A stretch of 64,000 nucleotides of DNA from Candidatus Sumerlaeia bacterium. Lineage in GTDB: Bacteria; Sumerlaeota; Sumerlaeia; SLMS01; JANRJK01. Positions within the stretch are counted from its first letter, which is position 1. Each line of letters begins with the position of its first letter. A program made the position numbers and the translations under genes. Under the pieces are notes generated by a model. It was given only the letters and a program-made list of their open reading frames with translations. It made no database searches and was not told the DNA's origin. Location: contig JANRJK010000013.1 of assembly GCA_033764015.1 (NCBI GenBank), positions 320,001 through 384,000 on the forward strand. Direction: 5' to 3'. Shown one piece after another: positions 45,504 to 56,949 of this stretch.

Positions 45504-46706
45504 ATGGCAAGAGTCGATTCCACCCAGGTACTCATCTGCGGCGCAGGTCCGGTGGGACTCTACACCGCGCTGCTCCTGACGGAGTTCGGCATCCGCTGCC
45601 GGACCATCGATCGCACACCGCGGACGAACATCCACAGCTACGCGCTGGCGCTCCATCCGCGCTCGATCGAACTGCTGCGCCGCGCGGGCCTCGAATCGGA
45701 ACTCAACGCCCAGGGCCACCGCATCACGCGGGTCGGCATCCTCGAAGGCGCGGCGAACCGCGCCGCGGTCGACCTCGCCACCCTCGACGCGGAAACCCCC
45801 TACGCCCTGGTCCTACCGCAGTCGGCCCTCGAAGACATCCTCGAACGGCGTCTGCGCGCCCTCGGCGTGGCGGTCCAATGGTCCAAGGAGCTCACCGGGT
45901 TCCGCGAGGGCGACGCGGAGCTGTGCTGCTCCGTCGCCAACGTGGTCGATGTGCTGCAGGGCTATCCCGTGATGCGCATGGAGCGCGTCCGCGGCTCCGC
46001 CTCCGAGGTCACGTGCGAGTACCTCGTCGGCGCGGACGGCTATCACTCCGCCGTGCGGCCGCTGATCGGCGGCGAGTACGCCCGCACGGCTCCGACGGAG
46101 CACTACAGCGTCTTCGAATTCCACACCACCGCCACCGATATCGGCGGCGAGATGCGGATCTCCTTCCACCGGGGCCTTGCCTCGGCCTTCTGGCCCATGC
46201 GCGACGGCGCCTGCCGCTGGAGCTTCCAGCGCGCAACCGCCGACGAGGCGGACCGCACTTCGGTCTCCGACTTCAAGAAGCTTCTCGAGGAGCGAGCCCC
46301 TTGGTTCGCCCCGAACCCGACGGACATCCGCTGGACGTCGGCCGCGCATTTCGAGCCCGCGGTCGCCAGCACCTTCGGCCGCAAGCGCGTGTACCTCGTA
46401 GGCGATTCGGCGCACCTCACGCCGCCGATCGGTGTCCACTCGATGAACGAAGGCATCTTCGAGGCGCACGAACTCGCTCTCGCGCTCGCCGCCGCCTGCG
46501 GCGGCAACCGCTCCCGCGGGCCGCTCGAACGCTACACCGCGCAGCGCGAGGAGTTCTGGCGCCGCTACTACACCGACCGCCCGGGCGAGGCGCTTCCGGA
46601 CGACGACTGGCTCGGCGCCCTCATCCCGCGCCTCCGGCGCGCGCTCCCGCTTTCCGGCGACGCGATCCATCTCGCCATCCAGCAGCTCGAGCGCGCCCAT
46701 GTCTGA
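45504..46706 (+). CDS. FAD-dependent monooxygenase/oxidoreductase (PheA/TfdB-like)
   Basis: ICGAGPVG, VGADG.HS.VR, LVGDSAH..PP.G..SMNEG. Confidence 0.85.
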   Translation: MARVDSTQVLICGAGPVGLYTALLLTEFGIRCRTIDRTPRTNIHSYALALHPRSIELLRRAGLESELNAQGHRITRVGILEGAANRAAVDLATLDAETPYALVLPQSALEDILERRLRALGVAVQWSKELTGFREGDAELCCSVANVVDVLQGYPVMRMERVRGSASEVTCEYLVGADGYHSAVRPLIGGEYARTAPTEHYSVFEFHTTATDIGGEMRISFHRGLASAFWPMRDGACRWSFQRATADEADRTSVSDFKKLLEERAPWFAPNPTDIRWTSAAHFEPAVASTFGRKRVYLVGDSAHLTPPIGVHSMNEGIFEAHELALALAAACGGNRSRGPLERYTAQREEFWRRYYTDRPGEALPDDDWLGALIPRLRRALPLSGDAIHLAIQQLERAHV

Positions 46707-46781
46707 CACGCTGTTTCTCCATCCGTCCCGGTGCGGAGCAGCCGTCGGCCAGTGCGCCGGCGGCTGCTTCGCGCCGGGGCG

Positions 46782-47255
46782 CTAGACGAGCTCCCCGCGC
46801 CGCCGCATCGTCTCGTAGACCGCAATCGCCGCCGCCTGCGCCACGTTGAGCGAGCGCGCGCCCGCGCCCGGCATCGGCAGGCTCCGCACACTTGCCTGAT
46901 GGCGCGCCAGGACCTCCCGCGGCAACCCCGCCGTCTCGCTCCCCAGCACCAGCGCCGGCAGACCCGGCGGGGGAGCGGCGCCGAACAGCGAAGGCCCCCC
47001 TGTTTCAACCAGCACCAGCCCGCGCCCGGGCCCAAGCCATTCCTCGAACGCCTCGAACGAGCCGTGGTCCGACCAGTCGAGGCGCTCCCAGTAGTCGAGC
47101 CCGGCGCGCCGCGCGGCGCGGTCGCTCAGAAGGAACGGGACCGGCCGGACCACCGCGAGATGCCAACCCGCGACCGCGCAAAGCCGGCCCACCGCGCCGA
47201 CGTTTCCCGCGATGTCGGGCCGCACCAGGCAGAGGACGGGCAGCTCCGGCGCCAT
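46782..47255 (-). CDS. trmL: tRNA (cytidine/uridine-2'-O)-methyltransferase, SPOUT family
   Basis: PDIAGNVG, RRAGLDYW, LGSETAGLP, RSLNVAQAAAIAVYE. Confidence 0.88.
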   Translation of the reverse strand: MAPELPVLCLVRPDIAGNVGAVGRLCAVAGWHLAVVRPVPFLLSDRAARRAGLDYWERLDWSDHGSFEAFEEWLGPGRGLVLVETGGPSLFGAAPPPGLPALVLGSETAGLPREVLARHQASVRSLPMPGAGARSLNVAQAAAIAVYETMRRRGELV

Positions 47256-47259
47256 CGCG

Positions 47260-48687
47260 TCAGAACGCGCCGCGACCCTTCACCACCGCGGGGATCGTGC
47301 GGATCAGTATCTCCAGATCCATCAGGAACGACTGGTTCTTGATGTAGTAGAAGTCGTACTCCATGTTCAGGTGGAGCGGCAGGTTCTTTCGCCCGATCAC
47401 CTGCCAGAGCCCCGTGAGGCCCGGCTTCACATCCAGGCGGCGCCGCTGCCAGGCGCGGTACTGCGCGACGATGAAGGGCATCTCGGGGCGCGGCCCGACC
47501 AGCGACATCTCCCCCTTCAGGACGTTCCAAAGCTGCGGCAGCTCGTCGAGGCTTGTGTGCCGCAGCCACCGCCCGAAGCGCGTGATGCGGGGATCGTCCT
47601 CCGCCGTCGGCGCGCGCTCGTAGGCGGGGGCCGAGGTGTGCATGGTCCGGTACTTGTACAGGCGGAACACGCGGCCGCCCTGGCCGACGCGCTCCTGCGC
47701 GAAGAACACCGGCCCCGGCGAGTCGCGCCGGATCAGCAGCGCGATCCACCAGTGGAAGCACAGCAGCCACAGGGCGCAGCCCAGCGCCCCCGCCGCCACA
47801 TCGAGGAGCCGCTTCAGCGCGACGCGCTGGTACGGCTGGTAGCCGTCACGCAGCGTCACCACCGGGAATTGGCCGATCTCCTCCACGTTCGCGCCGCGGG
47901 TCAGCACATCGAACAGGTCCGACACCAGGTGGATGCGCACGCCGGGCTCGGCGATCAGTTCGACCAGGCCGAGCTGCTCGTCCTGCGGCAGGTGCGGGAC
48001 GGCGATGAAGACCTCCTCGATGCCGTGCCTCGCGATCACCGCCGCGAGGTCCGCGCTCGCGCCGAGCAGAGGCAGCCCCTCCAGCGCCTCGTCGGGCCGC
48101 TCTCCGTGGTGCGGCGCGAAGCCCACGATGTCGTAGCCGACGTCCGCGTGCGCATCGAGCGCGGCGCGCACCTCGCCCGCCATCGGACCCGCCCCCACGA
48201 TCAACGCCCTCACCCGGCCGATGCCTCTCGCCAGCGCGTCCTCCTTCATCGTCCGGAAGACCGTCCGCGACGTGTACAGATACACGAAGCTCATCGCCCC
48301 GGCCAGCATGATCACCGAGCGCCCGAGATCGAGTTCCTTCCAGAAGTACCCCATCACCATCAGGAACAGCACGTAGTGGTAGCCCGCCTTGAGCAGGCTG
48401 CCCCAGCGCGTCAGCGACGAGACGCGCCGGCGGTGGACGTACATCCCGAAGGTGAAGCAGGTGCCGATGCCGATCAGCACCACGAGGGGAAAGACCTGCA
48501 GGTACGGGGCGAACTCGTTGATCGGCCCCATGGCGAAGGTTCCCAGCCACAGGCGCGCCTCGTAGGCCGCCCACCAGCAGATCGCGAACCCGAACACGTC
48601 GCCCGCCAGCAGGAGGAACGCCGGCCAGCGGGTCTTCCAGAAGAGCGACTCGGCGCGGGGGGCGGACTTCTCAGGGGGCGCGTGCAT
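47260..48687 (-). CDS. polyprenyl glycosylphosphotransferase (WcaJ/WbaP-like priming sugar transferase)
   Basis: N-terminal TMs, [51 protein letters not shown]. Confidence 0.93.
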   Translation of the reverse strand: MHAPPEKSAPRAESLFWKTRWPAFLLLAGDVFGFAICWWAAYEARLWLGTFAMGPINEFAPYLQVFPLVVLIGIGTCFTFGMYVHRRRVSSLTRWGSLLKAGYHYVLFLMVMGYFWKELDLGRSVIMLAGAMSFVYLYTSRTVFRTMKEDALARGIGRVRALIVGAGPMAGEVRAALDAHADVGYDIVGFAPHHGERPDEALEGLPLLGASADLAAVIARHGIEEVFIAVPHLPQDEQLGLVELIAEPGVRIHLVSDLFDVLTRGANVEEIGQFPVVTLRDGYQPYQRVALKRLLDVAAGALGCALWLLCFHWWIALLIRRDSPGPVFFAQERVGQGGRVFRLYKYRTMHTSAPAYERAPTAEDDPRITRFGRWLRHTSLDELPQLWNVLKGEMSLVGPRPEMPFIVAQYRAWQRRRLDVKPGLTGLWQVIGRKNLPLHLNMEYDFYYIKNQSFLMDLEILIRTIPAVVKGRGAF

Positions 48688-48720
48688 CAGGTGTCCAGAT
48701 GCTCCCCGCGCCGGGGAAGG

Positions 48721-51700
48721 TCAAGGCGCAGGCGGCGGCGGCCGGAGGATCTCGGCCCCGGGCATGTCGAGCGCCGCCGCCTCGTCGCGCAGCGCCTGTG
48801 CCTCCTCGGTGCGTCCGAGGGCGAGCAGTGCGATGGCGAGTTCCGCCCGGTGCCGGGGCGAGGGGCGCCAGCCGGGGCGGGCCTCGAGGGAACGGGCGAG
48901 GCGCTCCCAAGCGGCGCGCGACCCGTCGGCGTCGCCAAGCGCGGCCCGGGTCTCGGCGAGCGCGCGCAGGTACTCGCGCGACAGGCTGTCGCGCGCGGCC
49001 TCCGTGTCGCCAGTGGTCTCCAGCATGGGCTCCAGCGGCGCCAGGAGCGTCGCGGCGGACTCCGCGGAGCCCGCCGCGAGGAGGCACCGCGCCTCGAGCG
49101 AGCGGACGCCAACGTATAGGCCGCGGCGTCCCGCGGACCAGTCGGGCGACGGGTCGCCGAGGAGCGCCAGCGCCTCCCGGGCTGCCGACAGTGCCTCGCC
49201 GCGCCGCCCCGCGATGGCGAGCGTATCGGCGGCGGTGCGCAGCGATCTCGCCTCCTGCTCCACGGCGCGAAGCGCGGTGGCCCCGGAGGCCGCGGGGTCG
49301 CGCCACAGCACCGCCGAGGCCCGGGCCTCGCGGAGCGCGCCTTCCGTGTCGCCCGAGTCCCGGAGGGCCAGCGCGAGCGTCCTCGTCGCCGATGCCTGCT
49401 CTGTGCGCACCCGGCCAACAGCCGGATTCGCTTCCCGCAGCCGGGCCAGCTCGAGTGTGGCGCTTGTGGCGCGTTCGACCGCTTCCCCCGCACGGCCCAG
49501 ATCGACGAGGAAGCCGGCCTCGATCATGTCGAGCTGCGCCAGCAGCATCTCGTCGTTGAACGACGGCGTGGTGTCGAGGTGGCGCGATGCGCGCGCGCTC
49601 CGGAGCAACGCGACGGCGCGGTCGAGCGCGCCGATGGAGGACTCCGCCAGCCCCAGCCGCAAGCGCGCGATATCAAGTTCGATTCGGCGCTCATCGTCCA
49701 GCTCTCCCGCCGACGCCTCCAAGAGTGCGAAAGAGCGCCTCGCGGCGATCGTCGCGGACTCGGCCTCCGCCTCCCGTCCGAAGTCCGAAAGCAGCCGGGC
49801 GGCCTGCATCCCGGAGACTGCGCTGGTGAGCAACAGCCCGTAGTCGCCGGGCATCGACTCGAGCGCGCGCCCCGCCGCGTCCATCGCCTCGAGCGAAGCC
49901 TCGATGGCCATGTCGCGACGCCCGGTGAAGCTCGCGCGGTCCGATAGCCGCTGGAGCGCGCTGGCGAGGCCCGCGTGTGCGGCGCCGCGGGCGGGATCCA
50001 GCAGCGCCAGTGCGCGGAACGCCTCCACCGCCAGCATCTGCGTCTCGAACGTCTCCTCGCGGAGCCCCAATTGGGACTGATAGTTGGCGAGGCTGTTGAG
50101 CACTTCGGCGAGCCGCTGCAACGCGGCGCGGTCCCCCGGGACGCGTTCCACTTCCACCTGGGCCGCCTCCGCCGCTTCGCGCATCGCCGAAGCCGCCTCT
50201 TGGAAGCGATCCAACGAGGCGAGCGTACCGGCCTTCCACGAGCGTGAGTTCGCCACCTCGCCCTGCACATCCGCGTCGCCGGGGAAGCGGAGCGCCGAGG
50301 AGTCCGCGTGGGCGACCGCCCGCTCCGCGTACTCCAGCGCCTCCTCGCCGCGTCCCGCCGCGAGCAGAACGGCCGCGTGCCGCTGGTGGGCGAGCCCGTA
50401 GGCGCGCGAGACCTCCGCCACGTCGGCCATGCGCCCATGCAATTCCGTCGCGAGCGCGAGCTGGCGCTCCGCCAGTGCGAGCGCCTTGTCGTTGCGGCGG
50501 AGCGAAAGCTCGACGTTGGCGGCGTTGTTGAGCATCGAGAGGTGTTGCCGTGCCCACGAGGCGTTGTTCGGGTCCCGCTGCCGCAGCTCCTCCAGAGCCT
50601 CCAGCACTTGTGCGAAGGCCCTCGAGGCGCCTTCGGCGTCGCCGAGGCGTTCGGTTCCCACGGCGATTGTGTTGAGCGAGCTGGTCCGGGTCGCGCGCAG
50701 CGTCGGCTGGGAAGGGTCGATCGCCAGCGCGCGGTCGATCAGCTCGACCGCGCGGCGGTTGAGCGCGATCATCTCCTCGGTGCGCCCCCGCGTGCTGTGC
50801 CAGTCGCCGGCCGCGGTCAGCATACCCGCCGCCGCCGCGGCCGCGTCCGCGTCGGCGGGGCTCGCGGCGAGTGTGTCCGCCACCTCCAGGATCCTCGCGA
50901 GCGTCGGCTCCGCATCCGCCTCCGGCGCGCCGTCCGGCAGGAGGTTGATCTTTCGCCGGAGCGACTCCGCGAGGCGTTCGGCGCTCTCCTTCCCTCCCTC
51001 GGCGGCGAGGCGCTCGTCGATGGCGAGGGCGCGCTCCACCAGCGCGAGGGCGCGGACCGCGTCGCCGGCAAGGGCCTCCGCGTCCGCCACCGCCCCGAGC
51101 GCGAGGCTGACCGCCGCGGCGTTCTCCGGCGAATCCGGATCGCGGGCGAGCTCCCGCTCCGCCGCCACCAGCGCCATTTCCGCCGAGTTCCGCCCCGCAT
51201 CCACGTCGCCGAGCCGCAGGTCCAGCGCCGAACGCTCCGCTTGGAGCAGCGGAGCGAGCGATTGCCGCTCCTCCGCGGGGAGCGCCGCCACGGCCCGCGC
51301 CGCCGCATCCGCCGCGGACTCCTGCAGCGGGGCGTTCCCGCGCGCTCGGGCCGCCTGCATCACCGCGATCAGCCCGCGCGCGGCGGCGGCCCGCTCCTCC
51401 ACCGGGATCCCCTCGACCGGGAGCGACGCGTAGTATTCGAACGCGCGCTCGATCGCGGGATCCAGGAGCTCCAGCCTCCCCAGTGTGGCGAGGCGCCCCG
51501 TCATGTCCTCCAGCACGAAGCGCGCGAAGTCGTCGGACTTCTCCCGCGCGTCGCGCGCCAGGTCGCGCTGCGCCTCCGCCGCCCGGCGCTGCGACACCTC
51601 CGCGTCGCGCGACTGCGCCAAGCGCCGGGTGAAGAGCGCGCCGCCCGCCGCGATGACGCCCAGCAGCGCGAAGGACGCCGCCACGGCGAGGCGCCGCGTG

Positions 51701-53040
51701 CGGGCGCGCGAGGCCGCGGCGCGCTCCGACGCCGCGACCGCCCGCAGCAGCTCCTCGCCCTCCGGCGCGTCCAGCAGCCGCACGGCCTGCAGTCGCGCGA
51801 GCACCAGGTCGCCGTTCCGGATCGCGAGCCGCGCGTGCCCCTCGTGGACACGCACGCGCAGCGGCGGCAGCGACGGGTTCGCGGTCCAGAGGGCGGTCGC
51901 GCGGTCGAGCAGCGCCGCCGCCGCGGCGAAGCCGCCGTAGTCCGCAGCTCCCGCCGCGAGCGCCGCCTCCGCGCGGGCCGCGAGGTCGCGCGACTCGCGC
52001 CGGCGGGACTCGCCGGACAGGTGGTCCCGCAGCGCCTCCACGAATTCGGCGGCGCCGGGGCAGCGGCGCTGCGGTTCCGCCTCCAGGGCGGATAGGCACA
52101 GCGCCTCCAGGTCCGCCGGGATCTCGCGGTCCGGCGCCCGCCGCGACGGAGGCTCGATGAGGCCGGCCCGCGCCATCGCCAACGCCTGGTGCGCCGTCTG
52201 CGCGTTGTGCGGATAGGTCCCGGTCAGCAGGAAGTAAAGCGTGCCGCCGAGCAGGTAGATGTCGGTCCAGGCGCCGATGCCTTCCGCGCTCCGTTCCGTC
52301 TGCTCCGGCGCCATGAGCGCGGGGGTTCCGCAGGGATTCGTCGCGGTCGCCGCGCTCTCCAGCTCCGGCAGCCCCAGCTCGCGCATCGCGCGCAGTTCCG
52401 CCTCCCCCCCGACGAACATCGCCAGGCCCCAGTCGAACAGCAGCACCTCGCCGAACTCCCCGAGCATCACCTGCGCGGGCTTCAGGTCCCGGTGCACCAC
52501 GCCCCGCGAGTGGGCGAAGGCGATCGCCTGGCCCACCGCGATCAGGACCGGCAGATGGCGCCCCAGCAGCGCCCCGGGCTCCAACTCCCCGAAGTCCCGG
52601 GCCAGCGCCCGGTCCCAAGGGGTGCCCTGGACGTACTTCATCGCAAGTAGCGGTGGACCGCCCGGCGTCTCCGCCAAGTCGTGCACCGGGACGATGTTGG
52701 GGTGTTCCAGCCGGGCGGCGAAGAGCGCCTCGCGGCGGAACTCCGACAGGGCGCGGGTCGCCTCCGGGCCCAGTTCCGAAAGCCGGTCCGAGCGGACCCG
52801 CTTCACAGCGACCACGCGACCAAGGTTCGGCTGCACCGCTTCCCACACTTCGCCCATCCCCCCCGACGCGACGCGGCGCATCAGCCGGTATCCCTCGCTC
52901 GGCGTCTCCGCCCCTTGGGACGGGGCGGACGCCGGCTCCGCGCGCCGCGTGGCGAGGGTCGCCTCCGCCTCCGGGCTACGCGTTCCCTTGAGCGTCAGCG
53001 TCGCGTTCTCGGGAAGGCCCTCGGGGGCTGTGTGGTCCAT
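48721..53040 (-). CDS. Hanks-type Ser/Thr protein kinase with a TM segment and a long TPR-like C-terminal region
   Basis: SGGMGEVW, VAVK, HPNIV, HRDLKPAQ, DWG, GTPALMAPEQ, DIYLLG; hydrophobic helix near aa 450; Ala/Leu-rich helical repeats. Confidence 0.88.
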   Translation of the reverse strand: MDHTAPEGLPENATLTLKGTRSPEAEATLATRRAEPASAPSQGAETPSEGYRLMRRVASGGMGEVWEAVQPNLGRVVAVKRVRSDRLSELGPEATRALSEFRREALFAARLEHPNIVPVHDLAETPGGPPLLAMKYVQGTPWDRALARDFGELEPGALLGRHLPVLIAVGQAIAFAHSRGVVHRDLKPAQVMLGEFGEVLLFDWGLAMFVGGEAELRAMRELGLPELESAATATNPCGTPALMAPEQTERSAEGIGAWTDIYLLGGTLYFLLTGTYPHNAQTAHQALAMARAGLIEPPSRRAPDREIPADLEALCLSALEAEPQRRCPGAAEFVEALRDHLSGESRRRESRDLAARAEAALAAGAADYGGFAAAAALLDRATALWTANPSLPPLRVRVHEGHARLAIRNGDLVLARLQAVRLLDAPEGEELLRAVAASERAAASRARTRRLAVAASFALLGVIAAGGALFTRRLAQSRDAEVSQRRAAEAQRDLARDAREKSDDFARFVLEDMTGRLATLGRLELLDPAIERAFEYYASLPVEGIPVEERAAAARGLIAVMQAARARGNAPLQESAADAAARAVAALPAEERQSLAPLLQAERSALDLRLGDVDAGRNSAEMALVAAERELARDPDSPENAAAVSLALGAVADAEALAGDAVRALALVERALAIDERLAAEGGKESAERLAESLRRKINLLPDGAPEADAEPTLARILEVADTLAASPADADAAAAAAGMLTAAGDWHSTRGRTEEMIALNRRAVELIDRALAIDPSQPTLRATRTSSLNTIAVGTERLGDAEGASRAFAQVLEALEELRQRDPNNASWARQHLSMLNNAANVELSLRRNDKALALAERQLALATELHGRMADVAEVSRAYGLAHQRHAAVLLAAGRGEEALEYAERAVAHADSSALRFPGDADVQGEVANSRSWKAGTLASLDRFQEAASAMREAAEAAQVEVERVPGDRAALQRLAEVLNSLANYQSQLGLREETFETQMLAVEAFRALALLDPARGAAHAGLASALQRLSDRASFTGRRDMAIEASLEAMDAAGRALESMPGDYGLLLTSAVSGMQAARLLSDFGREAEAESATIAARRSFALLEASAGELDDERRIELDIARLRLGLAESSIGALDRAVALLRSARASRHLDTTPSFNDEMLLAQLDMIEAGFLVDLGRAGEAVERATSATLELARLREANPAVGRVRTEQASATRTLALALRDSGDTEGALREARASAVLWRDPAASGATALRAVEQEARSLRTAADTLAIAGRRGEALSAAREALALLGDPSPDWSAGRRGLYVGVRSLEARCLLAAGSAESAATLLAPLEPMLETTGDTEAARDSLSREYLRALAETRAALGDADGSRAAWERLARSLEARPGWRPSPRHRAELAIALLALGRTEEAQALRDEAAALDMPGAEILRPPPPAP

Positions 53041-53104
53041 ATGCTCTCCGGTACCCGCGCAGCTTTCCGCCCCTGGGGCGCGGGCGCAAACCGGAACGGC
53101 TCCG

Positions 53105-53560
53105 CTACCGGGCCTTCGCCGCCGCCAGCCCCGCGGCGGCGCGCAAGGCGAGCCCGTAGCCCGCCGGGCCGAGCCCGACCACGACTCCCGCCGCGACCGG
53201 GCTGATGAGGCTGCGGTGGCGGAACTCCTCGCGCGCGAAGGTATTGCTCAAGTGCACTTCGATGACCGGGTAGTCCGCGGCCGCGACCGCGTCGCGGAGC
53301 GCCACGCTGGTATGCGTGTAGCCTCCCGGGTTGAACACCGCGGCCGCCGCGTCCCCCCGGAGCGCGTGCAGATGGTCGATCAGCGCGCCCTCGTGGTTGC
53401 TTTGGAACGTCGTCACTCGGACGCCGAGCGCCGCCCCGATCTCCCGGAGCGAGGCGTCGATATCGGCGAGGGTGCGGCTCCCGTAGACCTGCGGCTCGCG
53501 GGTGCCGAGCAGGTTCAGGTTGGGTCCGTGGAGGACGGCGACGTGCGGCTGGGTGGCCAT
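53105..53560 (-). CDS. aroQ: type II 3-dehydroquinate dehydratase
   Basis: HGPNLNLLGTREP..YG, QSNHEG, NPGGYTHTS, EVHLSN..AREEFRH. Confidence 0.96.
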   Translation of the reverse strand: MATQPHVAVLHGPNLNLLGTREPQVYGSRTLADIDASLREIGAALGVRVTTFQSNHEGALIDHLHALRGDAAAAVFNPGGYTHTSVALRDAVAAADYPVIEVHLSNTFAREEFRHRSLISPVAAGVVVGLGPAGYGLALRAAAGLAAAKAR

Positions 53561-53678
53561 TGTGTTTGCTCGCTCAAGCGTTTTCTAGAGTGATTTATTG
53601 CGAATTGCGGCGGCTTGAATCGGACTTGCGCCGGTGCGAAGTAAAGGTTTTACCTCGGATCACAAGCGAGGTTATCGC

Positions 53679-55028
53679 ATGTCCACAGCCACAGCAACTG
53701 CTCCCAAAGCAGGGAATGTCAACGACACCGTCAACCATGCGGGCTCGGCGCCGAAGGGGATCGATCCCCTTTACGGCGGCTCGCCGTTCTACCGCCAGGC
53801 CGCGTCGCAGCTCGACATGGTCGCGCCCTACATCGACGTCGAGCGCGACATCATCGAGCGGATGAAGATGCCCAAGCGGGCAGTCGCCGTCAGCATCCCC
53901 GTCCGCATGGACGGCGGCGAAATCCGGAACTTCCTCGGGATGCGCGTGCAGCACTCGCTCACCTCGGGCCCCGGCAAGGGCGGCCTCCGCTTCAGCCCCC
54001 ACGTCGACATCGGCGAGGTCGCCGCGCTGGCGATGCTGATGACGTGGAAGTGCTCCCTCGCCGGCCTGCCCTTCGGCGGCGCCAAGGGCGGCATCAACTG
54101 CGATCCCATGGCTCTCTCGCAAGGCGAACTCGAACGCATCACCCGCCGCTTCACCTGCGAAGTCCTCCCCTTCATCGGTCCCCACGAGGACATCATGGCC
54201 CCCGACATGGGGACCAATGAGCAGACGATGGCGTGGATCTACGACACCTACTCGATGATGAAGGGCGCCACCTACCCGCAGGTCGTCACTGGCAAGTCGG
54301 TCGCCATGTGGGGCACCGCCGGGCGGCGCGAAGCGACCGGCCGCGGCGTCGTCTACACCGTCGAACTCGCCGCCGACGCCCTGGACATGACGCTCATGGG
54401 CTCGACCGCCGTCATCCAGGGCTTCGGCAACGTCGGCTCCGTGGCCGCCATCGAACTCTACAACCGCGGCGTCAAGATCACCGGCATCGCCGACGTCTCC
54501 GGCCACTACATCCGCGAGGACGGCTTCAACGTCCCGGACCTGATCGACCACATCATGCGCCACCGCAGTCTCGCCGGCGCCGGCATCGACGAGTACATGG
54601 TCAGCAAGGAGGACTTCCTCACCACTCCCTGCACCATCCTCGTCCCCGCAGCCATGGAGCGGCAGATCACCGCCGACCTCGCCGAGCGCATCCAGTGCCG
54701 CATCCTCGCCGAGGGCGCGAACGGCCCCGTCACCGAGGACGCCGACGCGATCCTCAGCGCGCGCCGCGACGAAATCCTCCTCATCCCCGACATCCTCTGC
54801 AACTCCGGCGGCGTCATCGTGTCCTACTTCGAGTGGGTCCAGGACCTCTCGATGCACTTCTGGACCGAGGACACCGTCATGAAGGAGTTGCGCAAGCGCA
54901 TCGAACCCGCCTTCGAGTCCACTTGGCGCCTCTCGCAAGAGCGCAATGTGGACATGCGCACCGCCGCGCTCATCAAGGGCGTCTCGAAGGTCGCCATGGA
55001 GAACAAGGTCCGCGGCCTGTATCCCTGA
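53679..55028 (+). CDS. gdhA: Glu/Leu/Phe/Val dehydrogenase (glutamate dehydrogenase)
   Basis: GPGKGGLRF, MTWKC, GGAKGG, APDMGT, VTGK, ATGRG, QGFGNVG, EGANGP, GGVIVSYFEW. Confidence 0.9.
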   Translation: MSTATATAPKAGNVNDTVNHAGSAPKGIDPLYGGSPFYRQAASQLDMVAPYIDVERDIIERMKMPKRAVAVSIPVRMDGGEIRNFLGMRVQHSLTSGPGKGGLRFSPHVDIGEVAALAMLMTWKCSLAGLPFGGAKGGINCDPMALSQGELERITRRFTCEVLPFIGPHEDIMAPDMGTNEQTMAWIYDTYSMMKGATYPQVVTGKSVAMWGTAGRREATGRGVVYTVELAADALDMTLMGSTAVIQGFGNVGSVAAIELYNRGVKITGIADVSGHYIREDGFNVPDLIDHIMRHRSLAGAGIDEYMVSKEDFLTTPCTILVPAAMERQITADLAERIQCRILAEGANGPVTEDADAILSARRDEILLIPDILCNSGGVIVSYFEWVQDLSMHFWTEDTVMKELRKRIEPAFESTWRLSQERNVDMRTAALIKGVSKVAMENKVRGLYP

Positions 55029-55055
55029 CCGCAGCCACTCCCGGAACCGCAAGCA

Positions 55056-55086
55056 GGAGGGCCGTCCGCGAGGGCGGCCCTTCTTC
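55056..55086 (+). terminator. terminator after gdh
   Basis: ggagggccgtcc-gcga-gggcggcccttc followed by ttc. Confidence 0.65.
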
Positions 55087-55198
55087 GTTCGAGGACATGA
55101 TGCTTGGGCACGATTTTCCCGTGGCGCGTCCGCGCTTGCCCGCCGCAGGCTGTGCCGGTAAGCCGTTCGTCCGCGATCCCGCGAGCTGGAAACGCCCC

Positions 55199-56887
55199 GT
55201 GGCCCCCAACGATCCCCGCAGAAACGCAGACGCCACAGCGCCCACGGTGCCCCTTTCTCTCCGCGGACAAACGGCGACGTCGATGCCGCCCCCGGACGGC
55301 GACGCGCGCATGCCTTCCATCGGCGACCGGCTCGGCAGCTACGTCCTCACCGGCATCCTCGGCAGCGGTGGCATGGGGCGTGTCTACGAAGCCCATGACG
55401 AGAGCCTCGAGCGCGACGCCGCCGTGAAGGTGATTTCCTCCGCCATCGCGTCCGACCCCGCATCCCGGGAGCGCATCCGCATCGAGGCCCGCAGCGCCGC
55501 GAAGCTCCACCATCCGAACATCGTTTCGGTGTTCGCCTTCGGCGAAGAGGGCGGCGCCTCCTACATCGCCATGGAGCGCGTCAAGGGCTCGTCCCTCCAG
55601 ACCATGATCGCTTCCCACGGGCCGATGGACCCGGCGAAGGCGCTCCGCGTGGTGCGCGACGTCGCGGAGGCACTCGCCTACGCCTGGGAGCACGGCATCA
55701 TCCACCGCGACATCAAGCCCGCGAACATCATGATCGACGGGCGCGGCACCGCCAAGGTGCTGGATTTCGGCCTCGCGAAGGACCTGCTCTCGGCGGATCC
55801 GAAGCTCACCGCGACGAACACCGTGATGGGCACGCCGCTCTTCATGGCGCCCGAGCAGGCCTCCGGCCAGCCCGTCGACTTCCGCGCCGACATGTATTCG
55901 CTCGGCATCACGCTCTACTACGTCGTTCTCGGCGTCGTGCCCTACAACGCCACTTCCCCGCTCGCGGTGGCGCTCAAGCACGCGCAGGAAGACCTCCCCG
56001 TCCCTCCAACCCTCGAGGTGCTGCTCAAGGGCGAGCTGCTCCGCATCCTGCGCCGGATGACCGTGAAGCGCCCGGAGGGCCGCTACGCGGGCTACCAGGA
56101 ATTGATCGCCGACATCGACCGTGTGCTTGGCGGCGGGAAGAGCGCCCCCGCGCCGGTGCGCGCCGCCGCTCCCGCGCGCCCTTCGAAGCGCTGGGTCTGG
56201 CCCGCGCTCGCCGGTGCGGCGGCGGTCGTCGCGGCCGTCGCGTACATCGCGACGCGGGACGACAAGCCGCTCCCTCCCCTCGAGCCGATCACCCGCCCCC
56301 GCACCGCCTCCGCCACCGGTAGCAGCGGCCTTGCGGATGGCGCTCCCGCGGCGGAAGTGATCCGCCTTCCGGAGACCACACCGACTCCGCTGCCCGCTCC
56401 CGCCGCGGCCCGTCCGCAGGAGGGCGGCCGCCCTCCGGGCCCCGGGCCCCAGCGCCGGGCGCCCAACCCGCCGCCGTTCATTTCGAACGTGCGCGAGCTG
56501 CTCGCCGGACCGCTCCGCCAGGGCGACTTCGACGGCGCCATCGCCCGGATCGACGACTTCCTGTCCCGCGCGCGACTCGATGAGAAGGCGCTGCGGTTCT
56601 ATCGCGATGTCCGGTCTTGGCTGGTGGATGCGAGGGCTGCGGAGACGGTCTTCCAAGGGGCCACGCTCGCGGAGCGCCAGCAGGCCGCGATCGCATCGGC
56701 GCTCTCGCCGCAAGCCTCGCAGGACGACGTGGTCCGCGCGCTCCGCTACCTCACCGCCACCGGCTCGCCGCTGGCCCCGAAGGCCTTCCACGAACTGGAG
56801 ACGCGCTTCCCCGCCGCCGCCGGCCAGCCCCGCCTGTTCTTCGAAATCCAATCGATGAACGGGCTTCACGAGGACCGGCGCGACTGA
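55199..56887 (+). CDS. Hanks-type Ser/Thr protein kinase with TM helix and Pro-rich linker (start uncertain: 55097, 55199, 55283 or 55310)
   Basis: [68 protein letters not shown]. Confidence 0.88.
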   Translation: MAPNDPRRNADATAPTVPLSLRGQTATSMPPPDGDARMPSIGDRLGSYVLTGILGSGGMGRVYEAHDESLERDAAVKVISSAIASDPASRERIRIEARSAAKLHHPNIVSVFAFGEEGGASYIAMERVKGSSLQTMIASHGPMDPAKALRVVRDVAEALAYAWEHGIIHRDIKPANIMIDGRGTAKVLDFGLAKDLLSADPKLTATNTVMGTPLFMAPEQASGQPVDFRADMYSLGITLYYVVLGVVPYNATSPLAVALKHAQEDLPVPPTLEVLLKGELLRILRRMTVKRPEGRYAGYQELIADIDRVLGGGKSAPAPVRAAAPARPSKRWVWPALAGAAAVVAAVAYIATRDDKPLPPLEPITRPRTASATGSSGLADGAPAAEVIRLPETTPTPLPAPAAARPQEGGRPPGPGPQRRAPNPPPFISNVRELLAGPLRQGDFDGAIARIDDFLSRARLDEKALRFYRDVRSWLVDARAAETVFQGATLAERQQAAIASALSPQASQDDVVRALRYLTATGSPLAPKAFHELETRFPAAAGQPRLFFEIQSMNGLHEDRRD

Positions 56888-56949
56888 CGCGACTCCGCCG
56901 CGGAAAGCCTTTGCTTCCCGCCCTCGGTCCTATGCTGTCGGGTAAAGTT

